Source: a virus. From it: DNA of 64,000 bases. Made by a program: the position numbers and the translations under genes. Positions 31,421 to 40,598 of the stretch are shown one piece after another (position 1 is the stretch's first letter; each line of letters opens with the position of its first letter). The notes under the pieces were generated by a model. It worked only from the letters and a program-made list of their open reading frames with translations, had not been told where the DNA came from and ran no database searches. The stretch is from the IMG/VR virus record IMGVR_UViG_3300035698_018280, positions 99,888 through 163,887 of that record, one strand, 5' to 3'.

Positions 31421-32103
31421 ACGTAGTTTATTGCTTCAAATGATACTTCTACTCTGTCTAATCCATTCTTTATTTCTCTATGAGTTAACTTGAGATTAGT
31501 ATTGTCTATAAATAACAAGTCTTCGTAAAAATCAGAGATCTTGAATCCAAAACGAATTGAAAAGGCAATCTCGGCCTCTGTTGATTCTAAAAATGTCGGT
31601 CCCTCTTGATTTAAAGTTTTGTTATATGCCGAAATCGAGCCTGTCATAGCAGATTGTTTATATTTGCGATGAAACTCTGTCTTATAAATACTTCTAGGTA
31701 ATCTAACGCCAGTTGTTGAAACAATATCAATTTTGCAATCAGGACTTATTACAACTCTTGGAACAGGATCATCAGAACTAAATAATAGAGGATCGCATGT
31801 GTCCTCAAAATTACCTTCAATAATTACTTCTATATCAAAAGTATCTTGAACTTGTAACTGAAAACCAAGATCTTTAATGTAACATTTGGTATAACTCTCG
31901 CCAACGCCATCATCATGATAGAGTTTTATACCGAAGTAATCGCCATTGTCTATCGAGTGCAATAAAGCTTTGGCTATATTTTCATATTTTCCTGGTATAC
32001 ATTGCATAGCGAAAATGAGTTTCATCTCATCTTCTTTGCTATAAAACTCAGAAATTTGTATAGGATAGTCAGGAAGAAAATCGAAACATACTACAGTTAT
32101 CAT
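31417..32103 (-). CDS. Diverged tail-tube paralog (putative)
   Basis: 228 aa. By-eye alignment to the tube: IKLYHDDG..Y..CYIKDLGFQL vs VRIRYTDD..Y..GLVNSLTMSV; PVPRVVISPDCKIDI vs APARIVTWNDFAIRI. Confidence 0.5.
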   Translation of the reverse strand: MITVVCFDFLPDYPIQISEFYSKEDEMKLIFAMQCIPGKYENIAKALLHSIDNGDYFGIKLYHDDGVGESYTKCYIKDLGFQLQVQDTFDIEVIIEGNFEDTCDPLLFSSDDPVPRVVISPDCKIDIVSTTGVRLPRSIYKTEFHRKYKQSAMTGSISAYNKTLNQEGPTFLESTEAEIAFSIRFGFKISDFYEDLLFIDNTNLKLTHREIKNGLDRVEVSFEAINYV

Positions 32104-32110
32104 GCTAGAC

Positions 32111-33022
32111 CTACGTTAGTTGCGGGTCGTCCCAACCGCCTCTTGTCTGCTGTTCGGTTTCCTTACCAAACCAGGAGATTGTAGAAGCATGTAGCAACGA
32201 TCCTTTGTGAATGTATCCATAGTCTATATCGGCAGGCCACGAGTTATAAACGAATCTATTCAGCCCAATGATTTTAGAATCTTCAGATACAAAGTAAGGG
32301 TTCGCTGGAGGAACGCAGACCTCGATAGTCTGCCCATCAATAATATTTAGTATTTCCAATTCTTCTGCTCGATGGATATTTTCAATAACAATCTTTTGCT
32401 CAGAAAACATATTGGTAGTGTCTGTGACTCTCAAAAAATTGTCGCCAATGACTACATCAGCCGCAACTGTATGAGTCGTATATGGACCAATCAAAGGAAA
32501 TATATTCTTTTTCAAACCCTCCTGAATAGCCTTAGTTACTTTTAACAAGAAACGATAACTGTCTTCTTGATTGTCTGCCTGGACGTAAGTTACGATCTTG
32601 ATATTATAGGTTTCAGTTGTAACGCCAAGGGTCAACCATTCTGAAGTTCTGTTACCTGGCATAATAGCGATCGATGGATAAACAGGTATAACCGCAGGAT
32701 CTCCTAGATAAATAGCCTGAATAAAATTACCATTCCATGCCTTGATAAGAAGAGAATCTTGACCAGGGCCGAATCCGTCAGTGGAACTAATAGGATTCAA
32801 AAGCTTCACAGTTTCACTGTCAATAATTTTTTCGATAGTAAGGTGAGGCTCGCCGAGGCCGGTACCAGGATCGAATAAAACTACTTCATCGCCTGCTCGG
32901 AATCGATGAGAAGTAGTAACGCTAATGATATCTTGACCCAAGCTAATATCAGCCGTCAATGGCGCTGATGTATTAGCCCAGCGATAAACAGTTCTACGAA
33001 TACTTTCAAGAATCTCTTCCAT
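32111..33022 (-). CDS. Tail terminator/completion-like neck protein with two inserted beta domains
   Basis: 303 aa. IYLGDPAVIPVYPSIAI...EWLT...YNIKIVTYV core; position between adaptor and tube genes. Confidence 0.6.
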   Translation of the reverse strand: MEEILESIRRTVYRWANTSAPLTADISLGQDIISVTTSHRFRAGDEVVLFDPGTGLGEPHLTIEKIIDSETVKLLNPISSTDGFGPGQDSLLIKAWNGNFIQAIYLGDPAVIPVYPSIAIMPGNRTSEWLTLGVTTETYNIKIVTYVQADNQEDSYRFLLKVTKAIQEGLKKNIFPLIGPYTTHTVAADVVIGDNFLRVTDTTNMFSEQKIVIENIHRAEELEILNIIDGQTIEVCVPPANPYFVSEDSKIIGLNRFVYNSWPADIDYGYIHKGSLLHASTISWFGKETEQQTRGGWDDPQLT

Positions 33023-33280
33023 TTAGAATAGCTTCTCTTTCAAAACATCATCAATATATCTATCGATACTATCTTCTAATTCTTCATCGGTAGGTTCGCC
33101 GTCTGGCTCATTAAAAGGACGATTCTGTTTAATAGCTTCTGCCCTACCTTGGGATACCGCATCTTCTGGCGTGCTGCTCAATTTAGAATCATTGCCAAAA
33201 ATAATACCAGAATTCATGCTATCGATAACTTCTCCATCAATCTTATCGATATTTTTGAATAGCTCGTTTAATTCATCCAT
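33023..33280 (-). CDS. Small acidic hypothetical protein
   Basis: 85-aa ORF translationally coupled to both neighbours. Confidence 0.7.
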   Translation of the reverse strand: MDELNELFKNIDKIDGEVIDSMNSGIIFGNDSKLSSTPEDAVSQGRAEAIKQNRPFNEPDGEPTDEELEDSIDRYIDDVLKEKLF

Positions 33281-34011
33281 TATTTTATTTTCCCAATGTC
33301 TCTTGAAGTATCCTGATCAGCCTTCGTGCCTGGCAAACGATAGCGATCTCTAAGATATGGGTTAAGAAATCTATGACCGATTCTCTTCTGTCCCTGCAAG
33401 ACAGTTCTGCCGTTTAGTATGTTATTAAGGTCTCTAATAGCCATTCCTCGAAGAGTCTCTCCGTAGTCTGACATATTAGGAGCAACCTGAGCCGCAAAAT
33501 ACTTGTCGTAGATATTTGCTGCTGCTAATCTCGCAGAAGCCATAGGAATAGGCGGCGGGAACTTTACTCTTATTACTCTTGTTTCTGAAGAATCATATGA
33601 ACCAACGATTGTTTCGATCAAATCAACTGTTGTATTATTGGTTATAACATCGACAGTATGACGTTCTTCCTGTAGATCATCAAAAATTACTATAGTATCT
33701 CCAGGAACCAAGTTGACTGCTTTTGTTACCTGTAATTCATTATTGTACTCATTAATGTCAAATAACAGAATCATTTCAAAGTCGGCCTTTTCGCACAGAG
33801 GAGTGCGATACATCTCGCTCAACGCACCGTCAAGCTCTTCGTCAGACCATTGTATATATTGATTTACTATTTCATCAGAAATCTGGTTTTGATTCCTTAC
33901 ATTACCAAATGATACTAATGGAACTTTTGCACCATTAACAACGCTATTGGTAGCCGAGGTCAATGCTTGAGCGAGAATATTATCTACGAGTTGAGGAGTT
34001 GCATAGCCCAT
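33280..34011 (-). CDS. Head-tail adaptor, Mu gp36/DUF1320-like, with inserted beta domain
   Basis: MGYAT...QYIQWSDEELDGALSEMYRTPL...PPPIPMASARLAAANIY...AIRDLNNILNG pattern. Confidence 0.7.
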   Translation of the reverse strand: MGYATPQLVDNILAQALTSATNSVVNGAKVPLVSFGNVRNQNQISDEIVNQYIQWSDEELDGALSEMYRTPLCEKADFEMILLFDINEYNNELQVTKAVNLVPGDTIVIFDDLQEERHTVDVITNNTTVDLIETIVGSYDSSETRVIRVKFPPPIPMASARLAAANIYDKYFAAQVAPNMSDYGETLRGMAIRDLNNILNGRTVLQGQKRIGHRFLNPYLRDRYRLPGTKADQDTSRDIGKIK

Positions 34012-35042
34012 TAGTCAGTTTTATCCGCCTTCTTCTTGGCAAGTTGCGATTGAATATACAGACCCTCGACAACTGCTGTACGAGGATTCTTAGCGTGACG
34101 AACTTCCTTGATATTGAAAGGCAAATCTAAACTTCTGACAATTTTTTCAAGCTTCTTACAGAAACCCTTTGGCATAGAAGTTCCGCCTGCCACAACAATA
34201 TCCATTGGCGCATCAAACTGACTTTTCTCCTTCTGGAACTTTTTAGCAAAGTGCCCGAAGACATATTTAATCATCTGCTCATAATAAGCATCTAGAGCAA
34301 AAATAACATCATCATCAAAGTCTATATTGTCGAAATCTAACTTCTTTTCCTTTATTGAAATAACCTGAGATATAGGCGTTCCGGTCTGCTCTGAGACCAA
34401 CTGGTCAATCCAGTCTCCGCTACGAGAGACAGACATTCCGATAACTTGAAGGCCTCGATATGACAATACGCAGTTGGCCCTGCCTGCCCCAAAGCTGACG
34501 CCAATACCGCTATAAGGAATTTCTCCTTCTTCCTCATACATAACAGGTTTAGCAGCAGTAACAACCGCATGTCCTTCCTCGATCACCTTTACGTTCCATC
34601 CTAGTCTTGAAACTAATGCCTCAAGGCGATTGCGATGAAATACAGAATCCTGAGAACCATCCACTGATTCAGAAGATACGCAGAGACAGCACCATGACTT
34701 ATCGTCAGGAGCCTCGCCAATTGCTGAATTCATCATCTCAGCAAGAACGACAAGCTTTTTATCTTCTTCTTTATTAAGAACTCCGCCTGCCATCGGGCGA
34801 CGAACCTCAACTTTGCCAGGAAAAATGTTAGCAACCTTCATTGCATCATCTCCTATGACAAAGTATTCTCCATCATCCTGAATATACTGCCATCCATTTC
34901 GCTTTAATGTTTCTTCAATATCATCTGTTTCATTTAGCTCAACGAAGCAATTACGGATGGTTTTGAATGATATCTCTTCGCCTTCTTTTTCGGCGGAGTG
35001 AAAAAACATAGTTCCTGGGTCTAGTCCTACAACTCTAGACAT
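34011..35042 (-). CDS. Actin-like ATPase, volactin-like family
   Basis: Phosphate-1 GLDPGT, connect-1 VIEEGHAV, phosphate-2 GVSFGAG, SGDWID, adenosine VVAGGTSMPKGF, connect-2 PRTAVVEG. Confidence 0.88.
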   Translation of the reverse strand: MSRVVGLDPGTMFFHSAEKEGEEISFKTIRNCFVELNETDDIEETLKRNGWQYIQDDGEYFVIGDDAMKVANIFPGKVEVRRPMAGGVLNKEEDKKLVVLAEMMNSAIGEAPDDKSWCCLCVSSESVDGSQDSVFHRNRLEALVSRLGWNVKVIEEGHAVVTAAKPVMYEEEGEIPYSGIGVSFGAGRANCVLSYRGLQVIGMSVSRSGDWIDQLVSEQTGTPISQVISIKEKKLDFDNIDFDDDVIFALDAYYEQMIKYVFGHFAKKFQKEKSQFDAPMDIVVAGGTSMPKGFCKKLEKIVRSLDLPFNIKEVRHAKNPRTAVVEGLYIQSQLAKKKADKTD

Positions 35043-35232
35043 GAGATATCTCCTTACCTGTCTTTCCGTCGAAGAACTTACTCCACGAACAGTTGCACCA
35101 ATTTCCGTCTATTAATCTTTTTCCAAAATGAGTTTCTATTGTCATGTTGGGATTATCCTTACAAAACTTTGTGAGTTGCCTAGCTACATCTTGTATTTCT
35201 TCTTCAGTTGCTTGTACTTTAGATTTTGACAT
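35035..35232 (-). CDS. Small hypothetical protein coupled to the actin gene
   Basis: 65 aa with AAGGAG ribosome-binding site; overlaps the actin start by 8 bp; WCNCSW motif. Confidence 0.65.
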   Translation of the reverse strand: MSKSKVQATEEEIQDVARQLTKFCKDNPNMTIETHFGKRLIDGNWCNCSWSKFFDGKTGKEISHV

Positions 35233-35246
35233 GTGGTCTTTTCTCC

Positions 35247-35849
35247 TTATCCGAGCAAGTCTTCAAGCTCGTCAATATTGCTATCGACATTTGTTTTGCT
35301 TTTAGTTTTTTTGTGCTCAATGCTTCCCTTAGTATTTTTCGTTATTCGATCAACTGTTCTCTTTTGAATATCAACAGCCGTATCGTCTGGCATCACAAAT
35401 TCATCATCGACAGGAGCAGAAGCCCCTCCTCCGGTTGTTATACCCTGTAGCGCCTGTATGGCCTCCTGAAGCTGTCCCATAGCATTAGGGTCTAACGACC
35501 CCTGAGACTGTTGATCCTTTATAGCAGCTTGCTGAGCCCTTCCCATTTCTTGTTGACGATCAATAAGCTCTTTTCTCATATCCTTAAGCTCTTTCATGAC
35601 ATCTACGCTGCTATCTTTTTCAATAATCGTCGTAATATCCTGGGACTGAGTACCAGGAGGAACTCCTGCGGTATCCTTGCGAACAATCTTGACTAGATTT
35701 CGCTTAATAGCAATCTTCAGGCTTTTAGATCCTTCAGCAACATATCTAGAACATATCATATCAAGGTCTTGTTTCTGTCCCGGATTCAGCGATAACCGAA
35801 GATCTCCAAGGACCAGTTCTTGCGAACTTCTGTTCTTTATCAGAAACAT
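35247..35849 (-). CDS. Coiled-coil protein with small N-terminal domain (putative actin partner)
   Basis: 200 aa. N-terminal IKNRSSQELVLGDLRLSLNPGQKQDL domain, central coiled coil, C-terminal amphipathic NVDSNIDELEDLLG. Confidence 0.75.
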   Translation of the reverse strand: MFLIKNRSSQELVLGDLRLSLNPGQKQDLDMICSRYVAEGSKSLKIAIKRNLVKIVRKDTAGVPPGTQSQDITTIIEKDSSVDVMKELKDMRKELIDRQQEMGRAQQAAIKDQQSQGSLDPNAMGQLQEAIQALQGITTGGGASAPVDDEFVMPDDTAVDIQKRTVDRITKNTKGSIEHKKTKSKTNVDSNIDELEDLLG

Positions 35850-35851
35850 CT

Positions 35852-36034
35852 TTATCTCCGTGTTCTGCTTTTTGGATATGGATCTGGTCCCGCAGTAGCA
35901 AGCGATAGTTCATTCATCTTTTTACATTCCGGACAATGCCAGTATACTTTTTGTTCTCTAAAATTGAATTCAACTCCAGTATCGTTTTCATGATGACCGC
36001 AGTGATTACAAACGCATATAATTTTAGTGTTCAT
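35852..36034 (-). CDS. Zinc-ribbon protein
   Basis: 60 aa with CNHC...CPEC; coupled to the upstream gene by a TAATG overlap. Confidence 0.75.
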   Translation of the reverse strand: MNTKIICVCNHCGHHENDTGVEFNFREQKVYWHCPECKKMNELSLATAGPDPYPKSRTRR

Positions 36035-38358
36035 TACTTATTCAGCTTATCAAGATTTATATCTACATATTTTGAAATTACCAATGCCATCCCATCAAGA
36101 TGAGAAACAGATGTATAACGCATAAGTTTACTCTTGACATCTAGTATTTCAGCAATCTGGCTAGCAGCCTTAACGAGTATGTTGTAACGGGCCATAGCAA
36201 GCGAGTGACGCTTCTCATAATCCTCAATGTTTGTCCAGCCAGTTCCTTCTTCTGCATCTATATCTCGCATTTGACCCAAATAGTCAGCCATGCGTTTTCT
36301 GAAATCTCCATACGTCCTCAACTGCTTATATAAAGCAGCTAGAACTTCAGGATCGCTCAATGTATCTACTTCATCTACAGTAAATTCAGGTTTTTTGATA
36401 AGTTTTACAGGCTTTTTTGTTTTCTTGTTAATTTTATTCTCAACATCAATAAGACCTTCGTTGATCATCTCTTGTTGTTTATTATAACCTCTAGAAGACT
36501 TATCGTACCTACTCTTAAGCATCTCTCTTCTCTTTTCAGGAGGAACTTTAGAAGAAAGCAAATTGCCTATGGTTCTTGATTCAGGATGGGGTTTTAGCAT
36601 ATTGAAGAAGCCTAGAGCAGTCTCTTTATCGACATCACCAGCGCGCATCATTTCCAAAACTTCAGGTCCAACTATATCAAGAAGTTCCTGCGTTTTCATA
36701 TGCAAGTTTTGAGCCTGCAGCCTTCTGTACGATGGATCTGTTTCTAGCTTCTCTCTGTCTAATGGTTCTTTGTTCTTTCCTAGATATTTATTTGTTTTTT
36801 CTTTATCGTTACCAAACTCATCGTCAAGACGAAGTATCATCCTGTCTAGCATAGAATAATTATTTGAAACAAGGGCTCCGAAATCAAGATCCATCGCGCC
36901 AGTTTCTTGATTTGGCCTATATATTGAACTTCCAGAAGGAGTTACATCTTTGATGTATCCAAGATTTTTAATCGTTTTATCAATATCTTTTGATGACATT
37001 TTGCCGGAAGCAGCATTCTCCATAGTCAGTTCAAGAGCATTTCTCATAGAGGCTGTAAACTCATCAATAAAGAAACTATGCATCTTCATCTTTTCTTGTT
37101 TTGCTCTTTCTCGATCTGTTCTTGGTTCCATATCAACAACCTTACCCTGAAGAACTTCCCTAATCTTATCTCCTAGGGTTTCAATTTTTTCAGGTATGAC
37201 GAGAAGACCTTTTCTCATAACATCGTATTCTTCTTTAGAAATGCCTTCTCCTGCACCCTCGTCGAATTCATTGATACGGCCTGCAAGACCGGCGTCATCT
37301 GCAAAATCTATATTCTCGCCTTCATTGCCGACCATGCCGCCGCCGCGATTAGTATTAATGGCCTGATCAAATTTAGGATTAAGAGCCTTTCTAACGTAGT
37401 CGAATATATCTGGATCCTGAGACATCATACGACCTGTGAAATCAGATTCGAGTTCCGATACTATATCTGGGTTCTGAGCTATCCAACGAGCGCGTTCAGA
37501 CGCCCCTCTTCCCTGAACGTCAATTCCTAGTTCTTCAAGAGCAGCAGCGCCGCCCGTTTTAAATGATGCGTAGTAGCCTATGATGGGATCGTAACTTTGC
37601 CCCTCAGTATCACCGGCGCTTCGAAAGCCTTCTGGGATGCGATTAAACACGGAGTCAAGACGCTCGATCTGAGAGGCTCCTCGAAAGCCTTCTTCAGATA
37701 AGCTTTCAAAATACCCATCTCTTCCTTCTGCTTGCGGACCAAGAAATGATTGATAAAACATTTCGGCATATGGTTGCTGAAGGTTGACTGCATCGCCAAC
37801 TGGCAACTCAGTAGTTTCTGTTGCCGCCGCAGGATGAACAAGCAGTTCAGAAAGTATCTGGTAAAATGTCTCTCTATTGTTTTCGTTATTCTTAATTTCT
37901 GGCGGAAGAGCTTCAAATTCAGGATACTCAGTGTATCCTGCAGCCATCTGTTGAAGCTGTTCATAAGGAAGATCAGGCTGTTCTGCTGGCTCTACTGAAG
38001 TTGGAGCTTGTAACTCTGAATGAAATCTCTTCATAGCCTCAGACCAAAGATCTGGCATATCTCTCGCCCATTCTGGCGGTTGAATAATTTGCTGCATTAT
38101 GGCAAGGTCCATACCCGGCTCATACAAATTTTGAATATGTCGCACTAGCTTCATGATCCTAGCTTCGCTGCCAGCATCGTCCATTACAGGAGCAGTCTCA
38201 GGCTTTGGGGCGATTATGGGCTCAGGCATCTGTTGAGGCTGAAGCCTGAGCGGCTGAGGTGTAGGCGGGCCAACAACTGTCGGCTGTAGCTGCGGCAAGG
38301 CGCTCTTCCTAGTAAGGCGAGACGTTCTTTCAATGATTGCTAATAGCTTTTTCAGCAT
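36034..38358 (-). CDS. Large helical hypothetical protein (possible internal head protein)
   Basis: 774 aa with AGGAG ribosome-binding site and P/Q-rich N-terminus; no recognisable catalytic motif. Confidence 0.75.
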   Translation of the reverse strand: MLKKLLAIIERTSRLTRKSALPQLQPTVVGPPTPQPLRLQPQQMPEPIIAPKPETAPVMDDAGSEARIMKLVRHIQNLYEPGMDLAIMQQIIQPPEWARDMPDLWSEAMKRFHSELQAPTSVEPAEQPDLPYEQLQQMAAGYTEYPEFEALPPEIKNNENNRETFYQILSELLVHPAAATETTELPVGDAVNLQQPYAEMFYQSFLGPQAEGRDGYFESLSEEGFRGASQIERLDSVFNRIPEGFRSAGDTEGQSYDPIIGYYASFKTGGAAALEELGIDVQGRGASERARWIAQNPDIVSELESDFTGRMMSQDPDIFDYVRKALNPKFDQAINTNRGGGMVGNEGENIDFADDAGLAGRINEFDEGAGEGISKEEYDVMRKGLLVIPEKIETLGDKIREVLQGKVVDMEPRTDRERAKQEKMKMHSFFIDEFTASMRNALELTMENAASGKMSSKDIDKTIKNLGYIKDVTPSGSSIYRPNQETGAMDLDFGALVSNNYSMLDRMILRLDDEFGNDKEKTNKYLGKNKEPLDREKLETDPSYRRLQAQNLHMKTQELLDIVGPEVLEMMRAGDVDKETALGFFNMLKPHPESRTIGNLLSSKVPPEKRREMLKSRYDKSSRGYNKQQEMINEGLIDVENKINKKTKKPVKLIKKPEFTVDEVDTLSDPEVLAALYKQLRTYGDFRKRMADYLGQMRDIDAEEGTGWTNIEDYEKRHSLAMARYNILVKAASQIAEILDVKSKLMRYTSVSHLDGMALVISKYVDINLDKLNK

Positions 38359-38392
38359 AGCTGATAACTCCTAATTCTAGTCCTCCCTATAT

Positions 38393-38417
38393 CTTCGTAT
38401 AAGAATGGAGAAAACCT
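38393..38417 (-). promoter_or_regulatory. AGG-N17-CGAAG promoter-like motif upstream of the 774-aa/actin/neck operon
   Basis: Minus strand GAGG-TTTTCTCCATTCTTATA-CGAAG. Confidence 0.6.
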
Positions 38418-38421
38418 CTCT

Positions 38422-39306
38422 CTATGTAGATAGAGAGGATACTCGCTTTTCGGCTTTTTTACAAGATTCCTCGCTGATATCGCAGGCAAGAAATCTGCAA
38501 CCCAGTTTTTTAGCAGCAACGATTGTCGTACCAGATCCCACAAATGGGTCAAGAACAATTCCGTCTTTTGGGCAGCCTCCCATAATAGGGATGCTTGCTA
38601 AATCTTCCGGATATGGAGCCTTATGTCCTGTTTTGCCATGGTGATCTGAATCAAGCTCCCAAACCGCTCTTCGTTCTTTTTTGTCAATCTCCGCAAAAAT
38701 ATCAGTCCCATTGTCTTCTACAATCCACTTAACCTGTTCAATATCAAAATCATATCTCGGAGATTGCGTAAATAAGAATACAGGTTCAAAATCTATCGTA
38801 AACCTATTTTTGGCTGCTGTTGGTTGAACAATTCTTTTTTTCCAAATAATAAGGTTACGGCAATGCCAATCGCCATCATCAATCATCTTGATCGCTAAAC
38901 GGTAAGGAATCATAAGAAGAGATCTTCGAGGATATGTCTTATCATATTTAGTTGTTTTGAGACGATGTTTACCTATATTAGGAGCATCATTATTGTCGTG
39001 CGCGAAATATCCACCTGAGTTCTCGTTATAACAATCGCCTACATTAATCCAAAGCGTACCTTTCTTTTTAAGTACACGTTTGACTTCTATAAAAAAGTTA
39101 AACATACGATCGATATACTGAGGCATTGTCTCTTCTAATCCGTACTGTCCGCTGACGCCATAATCTCTCTGTTGCCAATACGGAGGAGAAGTCACAACTA
39201 TGTCAACCGAATCATTTGGTAATTTGCGCAAAAACTCTATAGCATCTCCACAAACTATTTGATCGATAGCATCATCAATATTTTGCATGTCTTCTAATAG
39301 AAGCAT
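38422..39306 (-). CDS. DNA methyltransferase, N4-cytosine/N6-adenine, beta class
   Basis: Catalytic motif IV TSPPY precedes SAM-binding motif I VLDPFVGSGTT; H.APYP motif. Confidence 0.93.
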   Translation of the reverse strand: MLLLEDMQNIDDAIDQIVCGDAIEFLRKLPNDSVDIVVTSPPYWQQRDYGVSGQYGLEETMPQYIDRMFNFFIEVKRVLKKKGTLWINVGDCYNENSGGYFAHDNNDAPNIGKHRLKTTKYDKTYPRRSLLMIPYRLAIKMIDDGDWHCRNLIIWKKRIVQPTAAKNRFTIDFEPVFLFTQSPRYDFDIEQVKWIVEDNGTDIFAEIDKKERRAVWELDSDHHGKTGHKAPYPEDLASIPIMGGCPKDGIVLDPFVGSGTTIVAAKKLGCRFLACDISEESCKKAEKRVSSLST

Positions 39307-39312
39307 ACAATT

Positions 39313-39327
39313 ATATCGTCATATTAG
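39313..39327 (-). promoter_or_regulatory. CTAATATGACGATAT motif; CGATA core 7 nt upstream of the methyltransferase ATG
   Basis: Identical to 28505-28519; no Shine-Dalgarno before the ATG. Confidence 0.55.
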
Positions 39328-40121
39328 TCCCAATCAATCTCATTTTCATAAGCATCAATCTCTACTTTTTTGTCCCAGCTAGGAAGGCTTACATCTGTTG
39401 AGCGATAACAAGCATCAATATCATTTACGATACTTTCTCTAACACATGAATTATACCCGAGTTCTACGAACCCAACACCCTCTACTTCTTTAAGTCGAGT
39501 AAGAGCATCCGCAAGACCATTATCGTCATGAGACCTAGACTTATGATAAACAAGATCAGACTGTTCAGTATCGCCTGTACAAACAACCTTAGATCCTTCT
39601 CCTATACGAGTTAGAAGAAGATGCATTTGTTCAACGCTTGCATTCTGCATTTCATCGCAAACAACATAAGCATTTTTAAATGTAACGCCTCTCATATAAG
39701 CAAGAGGAAGAACAACTATTTTCTTCTCGTCTACAAATTTAGCAAGCTCTGCGTTACTAAGATAATCGCTGACTACATCATACATGGGCATCATGTAAGG
39801 TGCAACTTTTGCCTCGGCAGAACCAGGCAGATAACCTAGCGATTCACCGGCCTCAACGACAGGTCTAGTAAATATTATTTGTTCATATTTTTTCTTCATA
39901 ACCATCTGTTGCAAACCCCATCCAACAGCGATATGAGTTTTACCTGTTCCTGGAACTCCAGAAAGTATAGTTACTTTGTTTTCGCTAATAGTGCGAAGCG
40001 CATCTTTTTGCCCTTTGTTTCTAGCTGAAACTGCTACAACTAATTTAGTTTCGCCTGTCTTAGTTGTTAGTGTATATCCGTCATTTACAGTCTTCTTATC
40101 CGTCTTTGTTCTTTTTGCCAT
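39324..40121 (-). CDS. phoH: PhoH-family ATPase
   Basis: Walker A GVPGTGKT, TRPVVEAGESLGYLPG, PLAYMRG.TF, DEMQN, LTRIGEGSK, GDTEQSD. Confidence 0.96.
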   Translation of the reverse strand: MAKRTKTDKKTVNDGYTLTTKTGETKLVVAVSARNKGQKDALRTISENKVTILSGVPGTGKTHIAVGWGLQQMVMKKKYEQIIFTRPVVEAGESLGYLPGSAEAKVAPYMMPMYDVVSDYLSNAELAKFVDEKKIVVLPLAYMRGVTFKNAYVVCDEMQNASVEQMHLLLTRIGEGSKVVCTGDTEQSDLVYHKSRSHDDNGLADALTRLKEVEGVGFVELGYNSCVRESIVNDIDACYRSTDVSLPSWDKKVEIDAYENEIDWD

Positions 40122-40557
40122 GTTCTCTCCGTTTTGATGGAACTAGTAAATACCAGTCTTCGTTATGTTCTTTTGCGATTACTCCTTCGAATACATGCCA
40201 CTTATGTCTTATGGAACAATCCGAGAATAAATCGGTAACATAATCCCAAAATGTTCGACGTATTTTAGTAATACGTCCTGACAATACTTGAATGCGAATA
40301 AGAACAAGGTCTTCATCAAAATCCTCCTTTACCTGGTCTAGTAAACTATCTATATGATTTCGTATCATAAGGTCATCCCAACCTTCTGCTTGCCGAGCAC
40401 GAGATAAACGCCTCCGTTCCGAAGAACTGAGGCTTTGCATTAACGTCTCACGTTGTATCTCACTGAGAGGTCTTGTCAACGAGTAGAACTCTTGATATGA
40501 TTCAAATATGCGTTCGCCGCGCATCGGGTGGTCCTTGATACAAGGATACAAGCTCAC
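40096..40557 (-). CDS. Hypothetical protein
   Basis: 153-aa ORF in frame with the operon; GTG start (alternative ATG downstream). Confidence 0.7.
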   Translation of the reverse strand: MSLYPCIKDHPMRGERIFESYQEFYSLTRPLSEIQRETLMQSLSSSERRRLSRARQAEGWDDLMIRNHIDSLLDQVKEDFDEDLVLIRIQVLSGRITKIRRTFWDYVTDLFSDCSIRHKWHVFEGVIAKEHNEDWYLLVPSKRREHGKKNKDG

Positions 40558-40563
40558 CTATAA

Positions 40564-40588
40564 TACCGAAACAATGAATTAGAATCCT
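40564..40588 (-). promoter_or_regulatory. AGG-N17-CGGTA promoter-like motif
   Basis: Minus strand AAGG-ATTCTAATTCATTGTTT-CGGTA, ending 6 nt before the GTG at 40557. Confidence 0.55.
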
Positions 40589-40598
40589 TCTTATAAAG

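Noticed and set aside
15742-34011. Contractile injection system, tailocin or gene transfer agent
   Set aside because: Capsid and portal are present, no sheath is seen, and the module is far larger than known GTA clusters.
34011-35042. Archaeal host inferred from the volactin-like gene
   Set aside because: Hairpin plus U-tract terminators, bipartite sigma-like motifs and phoH point to a bacterial host; one gene is not enough evidence.
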